Assembly: GCA_002104945.1 (NCBI GenBank) | Contig: MCFH01000018.1 | Span: 248,001-312,000, forward strand | Length of the DNA stretch: 64,000 nt | Reading direction: 5' to 3' | DNA from: Piromyces finnis finn | Lineage: Eukaryota; Fungi; Neocallimastigomycota | Part shown: positions 1 to 16,034 of the stretch, one piece after another | Layout: each line of letters starts with the position of its first letter | Position numbering within the stretch: the stretch's first letter is position 1 | The notes under the pieces: model-generated | Databases searched by the model: none | Told to the model about the DNA's origin: nothing | Seen by the model: only the letters and a program-made list of their open reading frames with translations | Made by a program: the position numbers and the translations under genes

Positions 1-3000
1 ACATTGTATTCAGAATCTACCTCTGTACTTTCCTTTCCAATATCAGAATTTAGCACAAGTAATCCTTTAGTACAAAAAATTAAAAAACTTTGGTCTTCAA
101 TATTTGAGGGAAATTTATTAAAATTTAATCAACAAAGGTGTCTTAGAATATTACAAAGAATATATTCGATACATCTTAGTGTGGAAGAAATTAAGGAAAA
201 TATTGGTCATGGAATATATCAGCAAGAAAATCTTTACGATTTTGAAGAAATTATTGAAAATTTAAATGAGTAAGCTTGATTTAATATTTTTTTTTATTTT
301 TTTATTATTATAAAATAAAATTGTAGTGTTTGATTAGAATTATATAGTACCAATTTATAATCTTAATTTTAAATACGCAAAAGAAGTATCTTACTCATAA
401 CCATTTTTTTTTATAAATGTTATATAGTCTACTACGTCAGATTGAAGCATTTATTGAGTACAATAAAAAACAATGGATTATACGAAGACTTTTAAACGCA
501 ACATATATTAATTATCAATTTGATAATTGGAAAACTCAAGTTAAAAATATATTAGAAGATTTTTCATATCATTATGCAAAATATTCTCCAAATAGGAATT
601 TTGATAATGTATTGTCTGCTTGGGAGGAACAAGACCAAACAGATTTATCCAATGATGAACAAAACTTAATTGAAAAGTTAGAAAAGACATGGAAAGAATT
701 AGTTAAAGCTAGTAAGGATTCTCATGGAATTTCAGTTCAACAGCAAAGGGTATTAAATATATTAGAAATCAATCGTTCAAATATTAAAGAAGTAATTACG
801 GGAATTCAACGCTTGATCTTTTGTCCAGATTTAACAAGACAAGAAAGAATTACATATTCATTTGCAAAAATTACTTTAGAAATTATCCAAAAAATGTTTA
901 GATATAGAATACAACCTTTCCCATGGGCAGTTACTTCCTGGGAAATTATTGACGTTCAAACTGATGTAAATACCAAAGTGGATGAATTTTCAGATAATTG
1001 TTCAATTTTTGATCAATATAAAGTTGCTTTCTTTAGAGAACATAATCCGGTAACTATTAGAAATTTCAAAAAATCAGCATTAAAGGCAGATTTTATAAAT
1101 AATTTAATTATATGGTCAAATATGAATCATAAGAATATTTTGCCTTTACTTGGTGCCAATGTAGTTATACCACAACCATATATTGTTAATCCATTTTTAA
1201 GTAATGGTAATATGATAGGATATCTTAATGAATATCCAAATAAAGCTTTAAGCATTTTAGATGAAGTATGTGATGCAATGATATATCTTCATTCTAACAA
1301 TATAATTCATGGGGATTTAAAGGGATTCAATGTTTTAATTGATCATGAAGGTACTGTTAAAGTTACTAATTTCGGATTTTATTGTATTCCATATATTAGA
1401 TCAACTTTAAACTTCTCACCAAGAACCTATCCTTGGTCAGCTCCAGAATTAGTTGGTGATATACTTCCAACTCCACAATCGGATGTCTATGCTTTTGGTA
1501 TATTGGGTTATGAAGCTTTTTTTGAAGGCGAAACATATGAAAAATCTTATATCGATTATCTTTTATCTCATATGCCACAAAATATAAGTTCAGCACCAAA
1601 GGAAATGTGGGAATTAATGCAGGAATGTTGGCAAGTTGATCCAAATACTAGACCTTCATTTGATAAAATAAAGAAAAGTATATCTCATTTATTATCTGAA
1701 ATTAGTAGTAATAGTTCTAGAGATTCTGTTGACATTACAAATGTTGAAGAGCAAGAAGAATTACATGTTATAAATGTAAAAGCTATAACAACAACAAGTT
1801 ATACTGGAACATTAGATAATGGCGATAATGTTTACATTAAAAATTATCCATGGATATGTCTTCAACAAAGAAAAACAAGAAATAATAGTAATGCTTTTAG
1901 ACCAAAGATTGCAAAAGAACTTCAAAACTTGGAGAAACTTGAACACAAAAATATCCTTCCAATTAAAGATCATAGAATTCATGATGGTTATTTCTCTATT
2001 GTTACTGAGTTTGTTCCAACTGGTAACATTATTGATTATATTAATAAAAATGAGATTGATCTTGTACAAAGAATTCAATTCATCAAAGATATTTGTACTG
2101 GTATTATATATTTACATCAAAATGGTATTATTCACGGTGATTTAAGAGGAAATCACGTTTTAATTGATAGTAATAAGCAAATTAAATTAACTGAATATGG
2201 TATTGCCAAAGTTCAATCTAATGTTAATAGAAACTTTTTATCAAAGTCAAATAACTCTGTAATTATTAATTATAATTGTTGGACTTCTCCAGAACTTTTC
2301 TTAAGAAATCAAGTTCCAACTGAAGAATCTGATGTTTATTCGTTTGGTATGTTATGTTATGAAATTTTATCAGGAAATCAACCATTTGAATATAGAGATA
2401 TTCGTGAATTAAAAGAAAATGTATGTATATACAAGATTAGACCTCAAAGACATAAGTTAAGTATTGGTTGTCCAGACTGGCTCTGGAACTTAATGAGTGA
2501 ATGTTGGAATACTGAATGTAAAGAAAGAATAACCTTTGATAAAATTATGGAAATTTTAAATAATCCACCTTCTATCGAAGAAAATAATGATAATACATTA
2601 TTACATTTTGCCAACATGAGAAGATCTCAATCTTTAATTAGTAAATCATTAAAGGTAAATTCTTTAATGAATAAACTTAACAAACATAAATATTTCAGAT
2701 CTTCATCCAAAATAAATGAAATATCTGAAGAAGCTTCAAACATTAAGAGTGGTCAAGCCAAGCTTCTTTCTAAATCTGAATCAAATGTTTCAAGTGATAA
2801 AAAATCATTATCTGATATTTCTATTTCAACTATGTCATCTACTGAATTAGAATCATATATTCAATCTATAAAGAATAATTCTGTTACTGCTCTTTTATCA
2901 GATTCAGAATTAGCCACTTTAAAATTCAAATCAGTTGATGATGATGAAGAAGCTGAAAAAACTGAAATGGAGAAATTTAAACGTAAAAGAAAGTCTCTTT

Positions 3001-3554
3001 CTTCTAGATTATCATTTAGAAGCAGTACTTCTTCCATTTTTAATGTAAATGTTTATTCAGGAGGTTCATCTGATTTAGGAAAATCATATGTTATTAGTAA
3101 TGAGGCTAGTAAGAATAGAAGTAAATATAGATCTTCAACAATGAAAAAATGGTCTCTTAGTCCGGAACACTTTTTATCCATGTCAAGAAAGACATATAGA
3201 AAAGATTCTTCTAATCTCCAACCAAAACAAGAAAAAGTTATTAATGAATTACCAAAAGTTGAAGAACCTGCTCAGTTAATAGAAGAAAATGTTAGTGATT
3301 CACCAAAATCCTCTGAAAATACTAATGAACTAAAATCATTTGAAAAAATTAATGAAACAAAAAATGACAACATATCTAATGACGATCAAGAAGTAAAAAC
3401 AATAGCTAATAGTCAAGAAGAGTTAACTGAAAAAGAAAAGTCAGAAAAATCTGTTTCAATTGATAATGAAATTCCAAAAGATAATGTTAAACAAACTAAA
3501 GATAATCTTACAACTGTTTATCCATCACCTGAAAATTCAGTTCATGTTGCATAA
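1..3554 (+). CDS. MLKL-like N-terminal four-helix bundle + tandem (pseudo)kinase domains + Ser/Lys/Glu-rich tail; 5' end probably outside the window; one intron 270-427
   Basis: ORF 4..273 joins ORF 417..3554 through GA|gtaagc...tatatag|T in frame (..NLND-LLRQIEAF..). The N-terminal pattern NQQRCLRILQRI...LLRQIEAFIEYNKKQWIIRRLLNATYINYQFDNWKTQV resembles the MLKL_NTD. Kinase 1 has VTIR / HGDLKGFN / NFG; kinase 2 has VYIK / HGDLRGNH / EYG. Confidence 0.85.
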
Positions 3555-5484
3555 TTTCGTTAAACTATAAAATAAAATAAAAAGAAATTTTTTAAAAAAA
3601 AGATAAAAAAAAATAGAAAAACAAAATTGTCAAAAAATTTATAAACAACGCACAATATTATTCATTAAGTGAAGTACAAGTAATTGAATTAAAGTATTAA
3701 TTTTATATCATTTAATAATTATAATTGTTTAAACAATTTAAAATAAGTAAAAAAACTATTAATAATAGCAAAAATAATAAATACTAAATTCGTATATCAA
3801 ACAATACATAAAACAAATTATAATATTAATAATAAATAATATAAAAACACAATAATAAAAATAACAACAATAATAAAAACAACAATAATAAATAATAGTA
3901 ATAATTATAACAATAATAATAAAAACCAATTTATATTTTAATAAATAAAGCAATAATACCAACTTCTTAATTCATTTATAAAAAAAAAAACTTAAATTTA
4001 TTAATCATAAAAATATAAATTTGAATATATCATATTAATAAATATTTTAAGATTTAATGCTAAAAAATTCTTCACATAGTTTAAAATAAACAAAATAATA
4101 CAACATCTCATTAATGACAATCATGGATCGGATTATAGCAATTTTTAAAGTAGTTTCTAAGTAATAAAGTATTAAAATACTCCAAAAATATTGAAATAAT
4201 AACAATATCAAAAAGTATCAGTTATAAAGTTTATTACATATATTTAATTTTTTTTTTATTTTAAGTCTTTTAATATTAAAAACAAACTATTATAATATGA
4301 TAAAAACTATTAAGTATAATTATCAATTGATAATAAAATAATTTATATAAATAATTAATTTCCATAAAAATTAGTAATGCGGAAAAAAGAGATAAATTAA
4401 AAACTTCATCATTATGAAAATATTAAAATAATTACTTCAGATAATATAAAATTGCAAAAAAAAAAAAAAAAAAAAAAGAATTAGAAAAGGCTTAAAAATA
4501 ATTTTTATTGAAATTAATTTTTTTATATGCAAATATAAGAATTCAAAAATCTTATAAATTCAATACAAAACATAAACTATATGCTTATAATCTCATTTTT
4601 TTAGATTATTAGTATTTTAAAAAATAGAATATAAATTAGTAATGATAATATAAGTAGTACTTAAAAACTCAGCACTATTTCATATTAGTACTAATTTATT
4701 AAAAACAAACTTAGAAAAGTACGAATTACAAGTTAAAATAACTTTTTTTAAATTTATGATATAAACTTTTAATATATGATAAATATATTATATCAAAATT
4801 ATTAAAAGATATATATATATATTCAATTTACTTTACTTTATATATATATTTTTTATTGACAATTTAATTTTTTATTTTTAATTTTTATTTTATCTTTTTA
4901 TTATTTTTTTTTTTTTAATTTTATTTTTAATTTACTAAAAGTATATATTTTTTTTAATGTAAATAAATAAATATTTAAAATAAAAATAAAAAATTATAAA
5001 AAAAAATTAAATATATTATTTCCTTTTTTTTTTTGAAAACTTTTGGTTGATAAAAAAAGATCAATTAAATAATTCATAGTTAATATTTAAGAATATTTTA
5101 AACATATAAATAAAAATAATTGATTTAAACTATTAGTATTTTTTAAAAATACTAGTGTATAATTTAAGTCAATTATTTAAAAATTATAAAGTAACACAAC
5201 CATATTTTTTTTATTTTATTTTATTTTATTAGATGGATGTAAATATAAATTTTATAAAAGAAAAAACAAAAATCCAATCATTTTGAAATAATTTATATAC
5301 CATAAAATTAATATATTCTTATTTTTTTTAAATTCTAATTTAAATAAAGATAATATTTATTTTAATTTTTAGAAAAGTTAAAAAAAAATTTATATTTTAT
5401 AATAATCTATGTATTAATAAATAAATATAATTAATTATTATATTATTTTTTAAATAATATATAGTATTAAGTATAAAATATATA

Positions 5485-5830
5485 ATTCTTTTGGAATAAT
5501 GCCAGTTTATCTCTTATATTGATTAAATTTTTAGCAAAAGATGGAATTTATTTCTGATTTTGTTAAAAATATTAATGATATTATAAGTAAACGCCTAGCA
5601 AAGATAAAATTCTTTCTTAAGCAGATTTAGATTAATAAATTTAGTTAAAGGCCTGAAAAACCTTGATTAAAATTTGTAATTTGAATTTGATAAGAAAGTA
5701 CAAATTTAGTAAAATTTCAAGTTTCAAATTTAAATAAATTACCAATCAAATTTGAAAATTGTTATTTATAATAAATATGATTGATAAATTAATTTAAAAA
5801 TTTATTCAGTAAAATATGGAAAGTTTATTT
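5485..5830 (-). pseudogene. Possible degenerate LRR-gene remnant
   Basis: The minus strand gives fragments such as TGIIPKEL and IGNL (LxGxIPxxL-type LRR), interrupted by stops and frame changes. The patch is less AT-extreme than its flanks. Confidence 0.25.
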
Positions 5831-6735
5831 TTTTTAATATATAATAAAATTTGATTTTTGTTATTAAAAATTTTTTTTCTTTAGCGTCCTTATCTTTGGG
5901 ATTGTATTTATCATCCAGTGAAGTAATAACTGAGGCTGATTTATGCCATCACCAATACTACAACCAATTTAGAGAAGCGAATTGAGAAGTTCACTTCTAA
6001 TTTTTGGAACCTATTTATAGGTTATATTTAATGATAAAATGAATAAATTTGAACATTTAAAATTGATGAAAGTTTTAATATTTTAATATGGGAAATTGTT
6101 TTTAGTATTAAAATTATTTATAATATGGTTATATTGTTTTATATTAATTACAATAATTTAATGATTCTTTAGGCAAAAGGGTTTTGATTTTTTTTTATTT
6201 TTTACTTTTTGAAAAAGCTCAATTTTAATTTCTAGAATTTAAATTATGGGTTATTTAATGATAATTCTATTTTTATAGTAAGGATAAATTATTCTTTATT
6301 GTTTTTTTTTTCTTTTTAGTATGATCAAATATATAAGAAATAATATCATATCAATGAACCTACAAATAAATAAAATATGTTTATATTTTTTAATCTAATT
6401 ATAAATTCGACATATTTATGAAAAAGATAATAAATAAATAAAAATTAAAACATGAATCATATATGTAATATTTATTAATTCATTTTTAAGTGAGTTTAAA
6501 ATTATTAATATATTAAATAAATAATATTGTTACATACTATTTATTTATTTTTTTAAATATACATTGTATTATTTATTTCTTTATTACTTATTTATAATTT
6601 AATACTTATAATTTATATAGATATTTACTATAAATATGCTCAATTTTTTTTTTAATTACATGTAATTCTTATTTATGAATAATAATAAAAAATAAAAAGA
6701 TATAATAAATTTTTTTTCTTTATTTAATTGAACAT

Positions 6736-8508
6736 TTAGTTAGTTTTCTTGGCTTCAACCATTAACATTTCAAATACGGACATAACAGTGTATTTTCTGT
6801 TTTCAGCTTCTTGGAAGACAATTGAACGCTTTGGATTATAGAAAACCTAAAATAATTGGTTTTATTAAATAAGGCGTTTTGGGTTATTAGCAAATTTAAT
6901 AATTTATTTGTTTGGAGAATAGAATGAAAATAATAATAATAATAATAAAAAATAATAAAAGATAATACGGTTTTATGAATTGATTTATATTTATAATATT
7001 TGCTATTTTTTTTTATGTTAAATTCTCTTTTAATTTTTTTTAAAAAAAAAAACTTACTTCATCGTTGACTTCTTGTGGTTTACGTGGAAGACAGTGCATA
7101 AACTTCCAGTCCTTCTTAGCACCACCCTTTTTGGCTAATTCTTCAGTGACTTGGAAACCAGCAAAATCGATTAAACGTTGCTTCTTTTCACTTTCTTGAC
7201 CCATACTGATCCAAGTATCAGTAATAATAATATCACAATCCTTAACAGCAGCAACTGGATCATGAGTGAATGATACTTCACCATAATCCTTATTGTTCTT
7301 TCTACTGTTCTTGACAGCAAAATCAATAACATCTTGTGGTGAGGTGTATTTCTTTGGAGTAGCAGCGGAAATTGAAATACCAATTCTTGGTAAAGTAACA
7401 AGAAGGGAGTGGAGAATATTGTTAGCATCACCGATCCATGCAACCTTTAAATTTGGTAATTTTGGAAGTGGGAGACCATTAGTTGGAAGTTCTCTCCAGT
7501 TTGGTAAATAAGTTTCATATATAGTAACAATATCAGCGAGAATTTGTAATGGGTGGTATTTGGCAGTTAAAGCGTTAATAACTGGAACGGATGAGTATTT
7601 GGCTAAGGTCTTAAATATGAATAAATTAATTTAAATAATTAATTTAAATTTATATAATTGCCAAATAATATTTATTAGTCATATTATAAATTTATTAATA
7701 ATATATTATATAAAGAAAGAAATAATTTTGTGTTTAATAAAAATAATAGTCTATTTTTATTATATAATTAATTTTAATCAATTTTCTTTCTTTTATATTT
7801 AATATATATTATTTTTAATTTAATAAATAATAACTTCCAAAACATCTATATATTATTTATATTATTATAATATTATATATATAAAAATTTAAAGGGAAAT
7901 CTTTTCTTATAAAACAAAAATTTATTTTTATTTTTTTTTACCTCAACTTCTTCGTGACCTCCTAATCTAGCAAGAATACAATCAACCATTGAACTAACAA
8001 CAATGGAAGTATCTTTCCAAGGTTCACCAGCACCAACTTGAATATCATCTTTTCCAAGGAACATTGGGTGACCACCATAACCAGCCCAACCAGATTCAGA
8101 AGAAACTCTAGTACGAGTAGAACGCTTTGTAAAGAACATACCTAAAGTTTTACCTTTGAGATATTGTGGTAAAGATTTTCCATTCTTAATATCTTGTTTA
8201 ATTTCTAATGAATTACGAATTAACCATAAAATTTGTTCTGGAGTGAAATCCTTTAAAGAAATGAAATTTTTAATTCCTTTGAAGCTAACTTCACTACCTT
8301 GAACGTAGGAACGGATTTGATTAAAGTTTTTTACATTTAAATTTTGTTTCTTTGGAGCGATATTAATTTTGTTTAAAGTTACTTTATTGTTTAAAGATGA
8401 TTTAATTTTGTTATTAATAACTGATATGTTTGAGAAACTTCTAGTTGAAGTCTTTAAAACATTTAAACAAAGTTGATTATTTGAGACTGTCTTTAATGAA
8501 GAAATCAT
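6736..8508 (-). CDS. ARG3: Ornithine carbamoyltransferase with N-terminal organellar presequence; exons ~8508-7942, ~7610-7058, ~6846-6736
   Basis: Carbamoyl-phosphate motif KRSTRTR, VPVINAL..KYHPLQILAD, DTWISMGQE, HCLPRKPQEV and FQEAENRKYT are all present. GT-AG introns restore the frame. Confidence 0.96.
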
Positions 8509-10411
8509 TTTAATATATTTCTTTTTATAAATATAAAAAATAGAAAAATTAAAATATTTTTTTTTTTATTGAAAATAAAGAATAATACATATTTCCTACG
8601 TAAAAATGAATACAATATGTAGATCAACTAATATTCAATTGTTTTTTGTGCATTTTTTATGTAATTTTTTTTTTTTAATATATCATATAAATCGGCGGTA
8701 AATATTGTTTATTTACCATATAATATTAATAAACTTATATAATCTATATAATAATAAATATATTTATAAATAATAATAATAACAATGAATTATTATATTT
8801 CATATTTCATATTTCATATTTCATATATCATTTTTTTTTTTTTTTCAATAATCTATATACAAACTCTTTTCTAATGAAATTTACAAAATAATAGCCATTC
8901 AATTAACAGTTTCAATTTTTTTTAATATAATACATAATAATAATAATAAATATTATATGTATATATGTAAATATGTAAAGAAAAATATTGGTGTATGATA
9001 AATACATAATACGTAATAATAAAGGAAATATATAAATTGTATAGTAATGTTACATTTTCAAAATTTATTATTTTTATAATATTATAATATTATTATTACT
9101 ATTACTATTCTTCTTCTTATTACTATTACTATTATCATTTAAAGTCTTTTCATTATTAGTATCATTTTTAGTAAAAAAAGATTTAATAATTTTTGTTAGT
9201 TTTTTTTTTTTTTTTTTTTTACTACATTAATTATTATTTAATTTTATTATATTATTTGATATATAACATTTTTAATAAATTATTTATATATTATAAATAT
9301 TACAAATAGAAATTGAACTGGCCAAATTTTATTGTTGGTTGTTGATGATACATATAATACCATAGTACATATATTATTCATCCATAAATCTGTATTTAAT
9401 TAAATAATAATAAAAATATCAATTAAAAATAAAAAACAAAAACAAATAAAAAAAAACAGAAACAAAAAATAAAAAAAAAAAAATCAAATTTTAAAAAAAT
9501 ATGATTTTTTAATATATTTTTATTTTTCTTTTTCTTTTTTTTTTTATTAAATTTAAAATGAACATATAATTAATAATATAAAAAAAAAGTAAAAATTTAA
9601 AATATTAATAACAACAATAACAATAATAAAGGCAAAAGAAAAGAAAAATAAAATAAAACGCAATTGATTATCAAAAACAAAAATAAAGAACATAAAAATT
9701 ATAGAAATTAATAAATATGTTTAATGTTATTATTGAAATTAAAATTATATATATTATTTTAAAAAATCATTAATTTTTCCAATATTTATATTTAAAACAT
9801 AGCTATTAAAATATAGTAAAGAGAACAAAATAACTATTTTAAAATAATGTTATTTTATTTTTTTTTTTTATAAAGAAAGTTTATCATTTACTAATTGAAT
9901 AGAAAAAACAAACGAATTTATACAATTTGAAAAACAAGCAATTGTAAATTAATAGCAAAATTTTCTATTTATAAAAACCATTCAAAATATACAAATATTC
10001 ATAACTATCTATATAGAGAATAGTAAATAGAAATTATTATCAATTAACTATTAATGCAATAAGTAATATCGAAGTTTAATAATACTTGGACACAAACAAA
10101 AATACTAGTAATGTTAGTAATATAAACAATTTTAAATATTTACAAGTAAACAAACAAACAAAAAAAAAAGTTATATATGTTTTATATTTTTTTTTTCTTT
10201 TTCTTTTTTTTTTTATAATTATTAACAAATAATAAAATATTAACATTAAATAACCAAAACTTCACATTATATATATTTTGTTTTTCACACAATTCAAATA
10301 AATTTAAATTTTCAGAAAATAGTAATATTAAATTGTGAAAAATTCCAATATTTAAAAAATTTAAAAAAACAAAACAAAAAACAAATAAACAATAGATAGG
10401 AAATATAAGGC

Positions 10412-13143
10412 ATGGACAAGAAGAAAATATTTTTTTTATTAAATTTATTATTTTCATCTAGTGTGTATGGTCTTACAGGAGATTTTGAAAATAATTTATA
10501 TTACTCAATTGAATTAGATTATAATAAAAATGATTTAAAATCAACATTAGATAAGAGAGCAGAGGAATTGGCTTCTTCTTTGGGTTTTGTTTCTGAAGGT
10601 CAAATTGGTGAGCTTAAAGGCCATTATACTTTTTCGAAAAGGAAAGATAAATTTAAAAGATTAGAACATCAAAAAGAGGAAAATCATTTTATATTTAAAA
10701 ATGATACAAATATAAAATGGTTCAATGAACAACATAAAATAAAACATTTATATAAAAGAGATGAAAAGTTTCCAGGCCTTGAATCATTACATATTGAAGA
10801 TCCCGAATTTACTAAACAATGGCATTTAGTAAGAACATTTATTTACATTTGTTATTTAAATTAATTATAATGGACATATATATTTAAAACACAATATTTT
10901 AACTATATATATATTTCTTTCTTTTATATATTATAGTATAATAGAGAAAAGTCAGAAGAAGGAAATGATATTAATGTTGTTCCGGTATGGTTACAAGGTA
11001 AATAAAATTACTAAATAATATAATATTAACTTAAACTAAGTATCATTATTAATATAATTTATTATTTAAAGGTGTAACTGGAAAAGGTATTAATGTGTGT
11101 ATTGTAGATGATGGTTTAGATTATGAACATCCTGATTTGAAAGACAACTTTGTAAGTATATGGCTTATATAGAGTATTTTATGCATTAATAAGTTTAACA
11201 TGATGTAACATATATTTAAATATTAATAGTTTAAGGAAGGTTCATATGATTTTAATGATCATCGTCAATTACCAACACCAACATTATATAATGATAATCA
11301 TGGTACTAGATGTGCAGGCCAAGTAGCAGCTGCTATTAATGATGCTTGCGGTGTAGGTATTGCTTATGATGCAAAAGTGTCTGGTGTTAGAATATTATCA
11401 GGTACATTAACAGATGCTGATGAAGCTGCTTCTTTAAATTTTAATTATCAAGAAAACCATATATATTCTTGTAGTTGGGGTCCAGCTGATGATGGTAAAA
11501 CTTGTGAAGGTCCAAGTCAATTGGTTGCTAAGGCCTTCAAAAACGGTATTGAAAAGGGTAGAAATAATAAGGGTTCTATTTTTGTATTTGCTACTGGTAA
11601 CGGAGGTATATATGGCGATAATTGTAATTTTGATGGATATACAAATAGTATATATACAATTTCAATTGGTGCAATAAGTAGCAAAAATGAACACCCTCCA
11701 TATTCAGAACCATGTTCAGCACAAATTGCTGTAACATATAGCAGCGGTTCTACAAAGCAAATTACTACAACAGATGTATCAATCAGTAATTTAACTGATC
11801 CTGTATGTACAAGTAATCATGGTGGTACATCTGCAGCTGCACCAATAGCAGCAGGAATTTTTGCTTTAGTATTAAGTGCAAGACCTGATTTAACTTGGAG
11901 AGATCTTCAAAGACTAGCTATTGAATCAGCAATACCTGTGGCTTTAAATGATGAAGATTGGGTTGATACTGTCAATGGAAGAAAATTTAATCACAAGTTT
12001 GGTTATGGTAAACTTGATACTGAAATATTAATTAAGAATGCTAAAACGTTCAAGTTATTAAATCCTCAAACTTCTTATGAATCAGAAGTAAAAGAAGTAA
12101 AAAAAGAAATTGTTGGTAATGTTCCAGTTTCTTCAAGTATATATATAAAGCCAGAACATGTAAAGAATTTTAAACATTTGGAACATGTAAATGTAAGAGT
12201 AAATTTAACTCATCAAAGACGTGGTGATGTTAAAATTGATTTAATTTCACCTCATGGAATTGTTTCTCATGTTGCTACTTCAAGAAAAAAGGATGCAAGT
12301 GAAAGAGGTTTAGAAAATTGGTTATTTATGTCTGTTAAACATTGGGATGAAGATCCAGTTGGTGAATGGAAATTAATAGCTCAGAACGAACCAAGAAGTT
12401 CTTCAAAAGGAGAATTAGTAAATTGGACATTAATTTTATGGGGTGAAGAATTAGGAGAAAATGAAAATAAAGATAATGATACGGAGCAAGGTAATAATGA
12501 TAAAATACCTATAGAAGAAAAACCAAATTCAACAAATATCGAAGAAAAGCCATCTACTACAGATAAAGAATTAAAACCGACAACAAAAAATGAGGAGGAA
12601 ATTAAAACAACCAAAAATGAAGAAGAAAGTGAAACAGTAACAAATAGTATTGTTCCAACGAACAGCAAGGCTGAAGAAAAAGAAACACAAATAAATGAAG
12701 AACAAACAAATTCTTACACAAATATAGATGAAAATCCAACTGAATCTCCAACAGATATAACTTTACCTGATAGTGATAAAACTGATTATTCTGAGAGATC
12801 TCATGAAGCTATTATAGCAGCTGAATTTGCAATAGGTTTTGTTGTAATAGCTGGTTTAGGTTTTGTAATATGGAGATATACTCGTAAAAGAGATTCTAGA
12901 GATGATATTGAGTTCCAAATTTTAGATCAACAAAAACAATTAATGGCTGATGATGATGAAGATGATTTTTCTGACGAGAACATAGATGAAATAGATGAAG
13001 AAGAAACTAATATAAATAATAAAGTTATATTTGAAAATCACTTCTTGGATGAAGAAGATGATGAAAATGATAATGATAATATAGATATGGATGGTATTGA
13101 ATTATTAGAGGATGAAGAGTACTCTTCACAATTGTCTGTATAA
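10412..13143 (+). CDS. KEX2: Kexin/furin-like subtilisin proprotein convertase; 3 introns in the 5' part
   Basis: Signal peptide and prodomain ending LYKR; catalytic DDGLDYEHPDL, HGTRCAG, oxyanion GNGG and GGTSAAAP; P-domain (HQRRGD); S/T/E-rich linker, one TM helix and an acidic cytosolic tail. Confidence 0.96.
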
Positions 13144-13159
13144 TCTGTATAATAAACAT

Positions 13160-13197
<38 letters not shown>

Positions 13198-13362
13198 TAA
13201 ATTAAATTATATAAATATATACTATTATTATAGAAAAATCAATCTTTTTAATTAATTTTCATTTCTCCATTATTATTTTTTTTTTATTAATATTATATTA
13301 ATGAGACACAAAATACAACCTTTTTTTTTTTATTTTAAAAATATCATTATTATAATATTATT

Positions 13363-13396
<34 letters not shown>

Positions 13397-13699
13397 TCCA
13401 TTCCATTCATATTATTTTAATGAATTTTTATATATATATTTTAATTATTACAATATAATAATAATAATAAAAAAAAAATTAACGAAAATCAACACATTTA
13501 TATAACCCAGTTATCTAAAATAAATAAATAAACATAAATAAATAAATAAATAAAATAAAAAAGGAAATAAAAATAAAAAACTATGATACATAATAAAATA
13601 TATGATTTTTCGATTTTTAATGTAATAGATGTAATAGAGTTGTATTTATTTATAAAATTGATTAATAGAGATTGAAAAATGTTATGAAACATAAATTAA

Positions 13700-15384
<1,685 letters not shown>

Positions 15385-16034
15385 TTATCTTATATAAATT
15401 ATTTTTAAATTATATTTATTACTTTGCTATAAATAATGGGTATATATTTTAATTTAAAGTTGTATTGTATTTATTTATTCAGAGTAATTAACAAAATTTA
15501 TATTAATAAATTATTGAGATATTATTAGTGGAATTGTGAAAATTGAATAATTATTTTGTTAATTATATTACAGATGTTTTTTCATAATTCTATAAAATCC
15601 ATTCCAAAATCTATTTTTTAATATATATATATTTTAACTTTAAAACATTGATAAGTTTTTTTTTTTTATTTTTCAATTAATTTTAATTTTATTATAATAA
15701 ATTATTTACTCTAATTATTTATGATTTTAATAATTCAATAATATTAAGAATAATTATAAAATGCTTTATAATATATTAAACCAATTTTTTTATTTAATAA
15801 ATAAATAATTGTAAAATTAATGAATAATTAAAATAAATATTAAATAAATAATTTTAATTTTAATATTTACTTATTTTATGTATTGTTTTTTGAGTTTCAT
15901 TCATAATTTATAAACTTTAAAAAAATATAAATATTATTTTAATTATTTTTTAAAATTTCATTAAAATTTATATTTAATTATTTATAAATAAGCCAGTGAT
16001 TTTTAAATTTTATTATATAAATATATGTATTAAA

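Noticed and set aside
1396-2145. Antisense and alternative-frame ORFs overlapping the tandem kinase; similar ones overlap OTC, KEX2, ESA1, CysRS, TBC, the LRR kinase, the expansin and the BTB gene
   Set aside because: They are short shadow ORFs of real genes with no motifs.
3759-3962. Hydrophobic short ORFs in AT-rich spacers (also 10182..10457, 13498..13692, 58292..58477)
   Set aside because: Their I/Y/F/L/K composition is what random translation of very AT-rich DNA gives; several lack an ATG start.
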